Source: Polyangiaceae bacterium (lineage in GTDB: Bacteria; Myxococcota_A; Polyangia; Polyangiales; Polyangiaceae). Taken from it: a stretch of DNA of 64,000 nt. The translations under genes were made by a program, and so were the position numbers. This document shows, piece by piece, positions 60,083 through 64,000 of this stretch. Within the stretch, counting starts at the first letter, position 1; each line of letters begins with the position of its first letter. The notes beneath the pieces were generated by a model. That model had not been told where the DNA came from and ran no database searches. It saw only the letters and a program-made list of their open reading frames with translations. The stretch lies in the NCBI GenBank assembly GCA_044376115.1, contig JBILLK010000016.1:128001-192000 (forward strand), in the 5' to 3' direction.

Positions 60083-62323
60083 TCAGTTCGGGTTCAAGAA
60101 CCCTGGGAGCGCCTGGCCATCTTCGTACAGCCAAAGCCGCTGATTGACGTCGAACGGCCCTTGGTAGCTAACGAGCTTTCCACCAGGGAAGCGCACACGG
60201 ATCTCGTCGACGGCGGTCGCGCTGCCCAGCCCGAAGGTCAACGTCTGCGAGTTCTGGTTGCCTTGCCCGGTACCGCCCTGGACGTAGTCCACGCGCTCTT
60301 GCGTGCCGAGCGTGAGCATCACCGTGGCGCCGATCCCTGCGCGGTTGGCGTCCACGTTTCCGACCACGCGGGTCTGCAGGTAGTTCCCCGTTCGGGGCGC
60401 TTGGTTCTTGAATAGCGTAGTAGCGAATACATCGACATCACCGTCCAAGTCGGTGTCGGCCAGTGCGACTCCCCAGCCGTTCTTGGTGCTGAGGCCTGAA
60501 TGGTAGCTATCGAGTTTGAAGCTGCCGTTGCCCAATCCCCAGTAAAAATCGGTGGGCCGCCCGTCGTAGACGGCGGTGATGATCAGGTCCAGCCGACCAT
60601 CGAGGTCGAAATCGGCGAGCGCCGGTACCGAGTGGGTCTCTTGATAGCGCAGACCAGCGCCTCCGGCAGGCTTGTCGAAGGAGCCTTGCAGATCGCTGAA
60701 GCTACCGTCCGCGCCTTGCAGCAAGACCTCAGTCTTGTCGGAGAAGTCGAAGAAGCGTGGATGCGCGAGGTTGGCCGAGATCAGATCGAAGTCGCCATCG
60801 CCGTCCAGATCCCCAAACGCAGTGCCGATGGTGTGACCGTAGTAGCCCTCCGATTCGCTGCCAGCGACTCCGAGCAGCTTGGCGCTCTCCTCGAACTGCC
60901 CGAGCCCATCGTTCTCGAAGTAGAAGTTCTCCTGCAGACGGTAGTTGTTGACCATCAGATCGAGGTCGCCGTCGGCGTCCAAATCGATCGGGTTGACGCC
61001 GCGGCCAGCTCGCTTGAGCTGTGAGAATCCGTGCCCTTGGGACCAACTCTCGAAGGTGCCGTCGCCGCGGTTGTGCCAAACCTCATCGCGATAGGTGGTG
61101 CCCTTCTCCCAGCAGATGAAGTTAGCGAGGTAGAGGTCGAGGAAGCCGTCGGCATCGAGATCGACCCAGGCCGCCGCCGGGGTAGGGGAACGCGTATTCT
61201 CCGGGGCGTTGCAGGTCTCGTAGCTTTGGCTATCAACGATGCCGGCGGAACTGGTCACCTCCAAAAAGTGCCCAGCGCAGTCATTGCGATAGAGAAGGTC
61301 AGCCTGGGTGTACGACTCGTTGAAGATGAAAAGATCGAGGCAGCCGTCATTGTCGTAGTCGCCAAAGACGCCGCCGCTACCGGGGAGTAGCCCTAGCCCG
61401 GCTTCGTTCGTTATGTCAGTAAAAGCGCCAGCGTCGTTGCGCCAAAGCTTGGGGCCGTCGGTCAAGAGGTCATCATCCCCGTCGGCGTCGAAGTCGCCAA
61501 AGGATGCGCGCGCATGAGGCTCGAACGGCAAAGACTCGAACACGGTGGAATCGGCCGCGAGCTCTTCGAGCGGTTCAATGTGCAGCCGCACGAGATAATC
61601 GTATTGGAAGGGGAAGGAGACCCCATTGAAGAACGACTGCGGCAACGCCTCGGGTAGGTTGAGCGCCGAGCGACAGGACTCAAAGAGGGCGCAGCTCGGG
61701 TCCTCAGCCTCCGACTGGTCGAAGCTAAAGACGAAGGAGCCTGGCTCTGCGCGATGCGCTACGTACACGAGCCCGGGGTGGAGAACCTCGAGCGGCGTTG
61801 GCAATAGGTAGCTAAGCCACCCATCCTCTTGGATGTCCCCAGCGCAACGCGTACCGACGAACAGCGGGTCGGCCGCCCAGAAGTCGAAGCCGTTGTAGCC
61901 AAAGTCCCCGTACAGACCCACGGCGAGCTGCTCTTGCGGGTCCTCCGGCGCGGCTGCTACGTGCACCGAGAAGCCAACGATGCGCGAGGGCTGAAGGAGT
62001 TCGAAGCGAACGGCCTCATGCACGCTCTCCTCATTCAGGACGAAGGTCTTGCCCTCGACGGTGATCTCAAAGCTCTCGTCGCGCAGGCTGGTGGCGGGTA
62101 CGCCGTCATCCCACTGCAAGGTGGTGACCCCGCTCGGCAGCTCACCGCTCGCGTTGCCGCAGCTTGGCTCGCCTCCAGCGCCGCCGCTCCCCGCTTCCCC
62201 ACCGGCCGCACCGCTACCGCCTCCGCCCGCAGCGCCAGTCCCAGACGCGTCTGGATCATGGCTGCTGCAGGCGTGTAGGCCGAGCAATAGGAGAGCCAAG
62301 CTGAGCGTGCGTGCGAGTTCCAC
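60083..62323 (-). CDS. FG-GAP/CRTAC1-like protein with a C-terminal ASPIC/UnbV domain (lipoprotein)
   Basis: Repeated DxDxDGxxDL motifs; C-terminal NRAGIGA..GG.G..Q...FGLG..VRFP. Confidence 0.85.
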   Translation of the reverse strand: MELARTLSLALLLLGLHACSSHDPDASGTGAAGGGGSGAAGGEAGSGGAGGEPSCGNASGELPSGVTTLQWDDGVPATSLRDESFEITVEGKTFVLNEESVHEAVRFELLQPSRIVGFSVHVAAAPEDPQEQLAVGLYGDFGYNGFDFWAADPLFVGTRCAGDIQEDGWLSYLLPTPLEVLHPGLVYVAHRAEPGSFVFSFDQSEAEDPSCALFESCRSALNLPEALPQSFFNGVSFPFQYDYLVRLHIEPLEELAADSTVFESLPFEPHARASFGDFDADGDDDLLTDGPKLWRNDAGAFTDITNEAGLGLLPGSGGVFGDYDNDGCLDLFIFNESYTQADLLYRNDCAGHFLEVTSSAGIVDSQSYETCNAPENTRSPTPAAAWVDLDADGFLDLYLANFICWEKGTTYRDEVWHNRGDGTFESWSQGHGFSQLKRAGRGVNPIDLDADGDLDLMVNNYRLQENFYFENDGLGQFEESAKLLGVAGSESEGYYGHTIGTAFGDLDGDGDFDLISANLAHPRFFDFSDKTEVLLQGADGSFSDLQGSFDKPAGGAGLRYQETHSVPALADFDLDGRLDLIITAVYDGRPTDFYWGLGNGSFKLDSYHSGLSTKNGWGVALADTDLDGDVDVFATTLFKNQAPRTGNYLQTRVVGNVDANRAGIGATVMLTLGTQERVDYVQGGTGQGNQNSQTLTFGLGSATAVDEIRVRFPGGKLVSYQGPFDVNQRLWLYEDGQALPGFLNPN

Positions 62324-62370
62324 CCGAGGAGGCTAACGGAACCTCGAGCACGAGGCTTGAGCGGAAACTA

Positions 62371-64000
62371 CTACCAAATCCGCACGCGCTGATTGGGCGC
62401 GAGGAAGTGTGCGTCTTTCGGCTCGGGTTTGAACGCCTCGTAGAAGGAGTCCAGGTTGCGAACCACGGCCGTGCGGAACTCCGACGGACTGTGAGGATCG
62501 GTGATGAGACGGTTGGCCAGCTCTTGATCGCGGTAGAGCCGCCGCCAGACCTGCGCCCAACCGAGGAAGAAGCGTTGATCCCCCGTCATCCCGTCGTACA
62601 CGGGCGCCTCTTTACCCGCTAGTGAAAGCCGGTAAGCCGAGTGCGCCACCGTCAAGCCAGCGAGGTCAGCGATGTTCTCGCCTAGCGTAAGGTCTCCCTT
62701 GACGCATTGGGCAGGCTTCTCCCCCTGGGCGGGGAAAGGGCAGTAAGCCGCATATTGCGCGACCAGCTGATTGGTTGCGGCTTTGAACTTCGCCGCGTCG
62801 TCCGCGGTCCACCAATTCTTGAGCGCGCCGCTAGCGTCATATTGCGAGCCCTGGTCGTCGAAACCGTGGCTGATCTCATGACCGATGACCGCACCAATAC
62901 CACCGTAGTTGATGGCGTCATCGGCGTTCGGATCGAAGAAGGGCGGCTGTAGAATGGCGGCCGGGAAGACGATCTCGTTGAGCACCGGGTTGTAGTAGGC
63001 ATTGACGGTCATCGGCACCATCTCCCACTCATCCCGGTCCACCGGCTTACCGAGCTTGGCCAGCCGCCTGTCATATTCGAAGGCGGAAGCTCGGGCGTCA
63101 TTCGCTACTGGGTTATCGGCGACGACGCTCAGCGCGCCATAGTCACGCCAATTCTTGGGATAGCCGATCTTCGGATTGTAGGTCGCTAGTTTGGCCTTCG
63201 CTTTGGCCTTGGTCTCGGGGCTCATCCAGGCGAGCGACTCGAGCCGCTGGCCCATGGCCACGAGCAGGTTCTTCACCAGCTCATCGGCGCGAGCTTTGGT
63301 GTCCGGCGTAAAGTGCTTGGAGACGTAGATCTTGCCGACCGCCTCTCCCATCGAGCCGGTGACCTCCTCGACGCCGCGCTTCCAGCGTTCCTTCAACTCG
63401 GGCGTGCCCGAGAGCGTGCGGCCATACATCTCGAAGTGAGCGTCCACGAAGCGCTTGGGCAAGAAGGGTGCAGTGCTGCTGATGAGGCGCACTGTCAGAT
63501 AGTCTTTCCAAACAGCCACCGGCTCGCTCTTGATGAGCTTGGCCGTGCCGCCCACGGCCGACGGTTGATTGACGTTGACGTGCGTCTGCCCGGCCAGCCC
63601 TACGCCGGTGAGCCACTGCTTCCAATCGATGCCCGGCGCGAGCTTCTCGAGCTCCTCGACCGTTAGCTTGTTATAGGTTTTGACCGGATCTCGGTTCTCC
63701 ACCTTCGTCCAATGTTGGAGGGCGAGCTTCTCCTCCAACGCATAAACAGCTGCGGCTCGGCGTTTGCCGTCCTTTTGCCCGGCGAGCGTAAAGACGGTCT
63801 CGAGGTACTTCTTGTAGCCTTCGCGAACCTTCTCGAATTGCTTGGCCTTGGCGTCGTACATGTCTCGGTCCGGCAGCCCCAAACCACCCTGGGCGACGTT
63901 GGCGATATGTTTCTCCGGCTCACGGTCATCCTGGGTGACGATCGTCGTCAGCGGGGAGCTGCGCATCAATCGCGAGTTGCGTGCAAAGGCGGAGACGAGC
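62371..64000 (-). CDS. M13 (neprilysin/PepO) metallopeptidase, 5' end beyond the window
   Basis: VNAYY, HEISH, GENIAD, HSP; the frame is open to the window end. Confidence 0.94.
   Translation of the reverse strand, partial: LVSAFARNSRLMRSSPLTTIVTQDDREPEKHIANVAQGGLGLPDRDMYDAKAKQFEKVREGYKKYLETVFTLAGQKDGKRRAAAVYALEEKLALQHWTKVENRDPVKTYNKLTVEELEKLAPGIDWKQWLTGVGLAGQTHVNVNQPSAVGGTAKLIKSEPVAVWKDYLTVRLISSTAPFLPKRFVDAHFEMYGRTLSGTPELKERWKRGVEEVTGSMGEAVGKIYVSKHFTPDTKARADELVKNLLVAMGQRLESLAWMSPETKAKAKAKLATYNPKIGYPKNWRDYGALSVVADNPVANDARASAFEYDRRLAKLGKPVDRDEWEMVPMTVNAYYNPVLNEIVFPAAILQPPFFDPNADDAINYGGIGAVIGHEISHGFDDQGSQYDASGALKNWWTADDAAKFKAATNQLVAQYAAYCPFPAQGEKPAQCVKGDLTLGENIADLAGLTVAHSAYRLSLAGKEAPVYDGMTGDQRFFLGWAQVWRRLYRDQELANRLITDPHSPSEFRTAVVRNLDSFYEAFKPEPKDAHFLAPNQRVRIW

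Overview
High-GC bacterial window, most likely a myxobacterium (Polyangiaceae-like; inferred from a Hanks kinase, FHA-DUF4123, DUF2169, a paralogous DnaK and many Cys-rich or low-complexity lipoproteins). The first ~31 kb is mostly core genes: molybdopterin genes (moaC, moaE, moeA, moaB/mog), lgt, a two-RRM protein, rpmG (missed by the ORF track), mreBCD-mrdA-rodA, an ECF sigma/anti-sigma pair, a J-domain/DnaK cluster, tRNA-Phe, dapD/dapE and several peptidases. At 31.5-36.6 kb lies an orphan type VI secretion effector cassette (vgrG, PAAR fused to a putative toxin and 37-aa repeats, putative immunity gene, FHA-DUF4123 adaptor), with a DUF2169 gene and Ser/Thr kinase nearby. The most unusual region is 49-57 kb. 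It holds an HUH/Y1 (RAYT-like) nuclease gene flanked by four same-orientation ~51-nt palindromes, between two convergent paralogous NAL1-like trypsin proteases. One protease appears fused to a ComQ-like prenyltransferase domain, and its frame breaks where arms of the same palindrome occur. The other is coupled to a stand-alone copy of its N-terminal domain. The window ends with M16, CRTAC1/ASPIC-like and M13 genes. All family calls come from motif recognition by eye; no searches were run.
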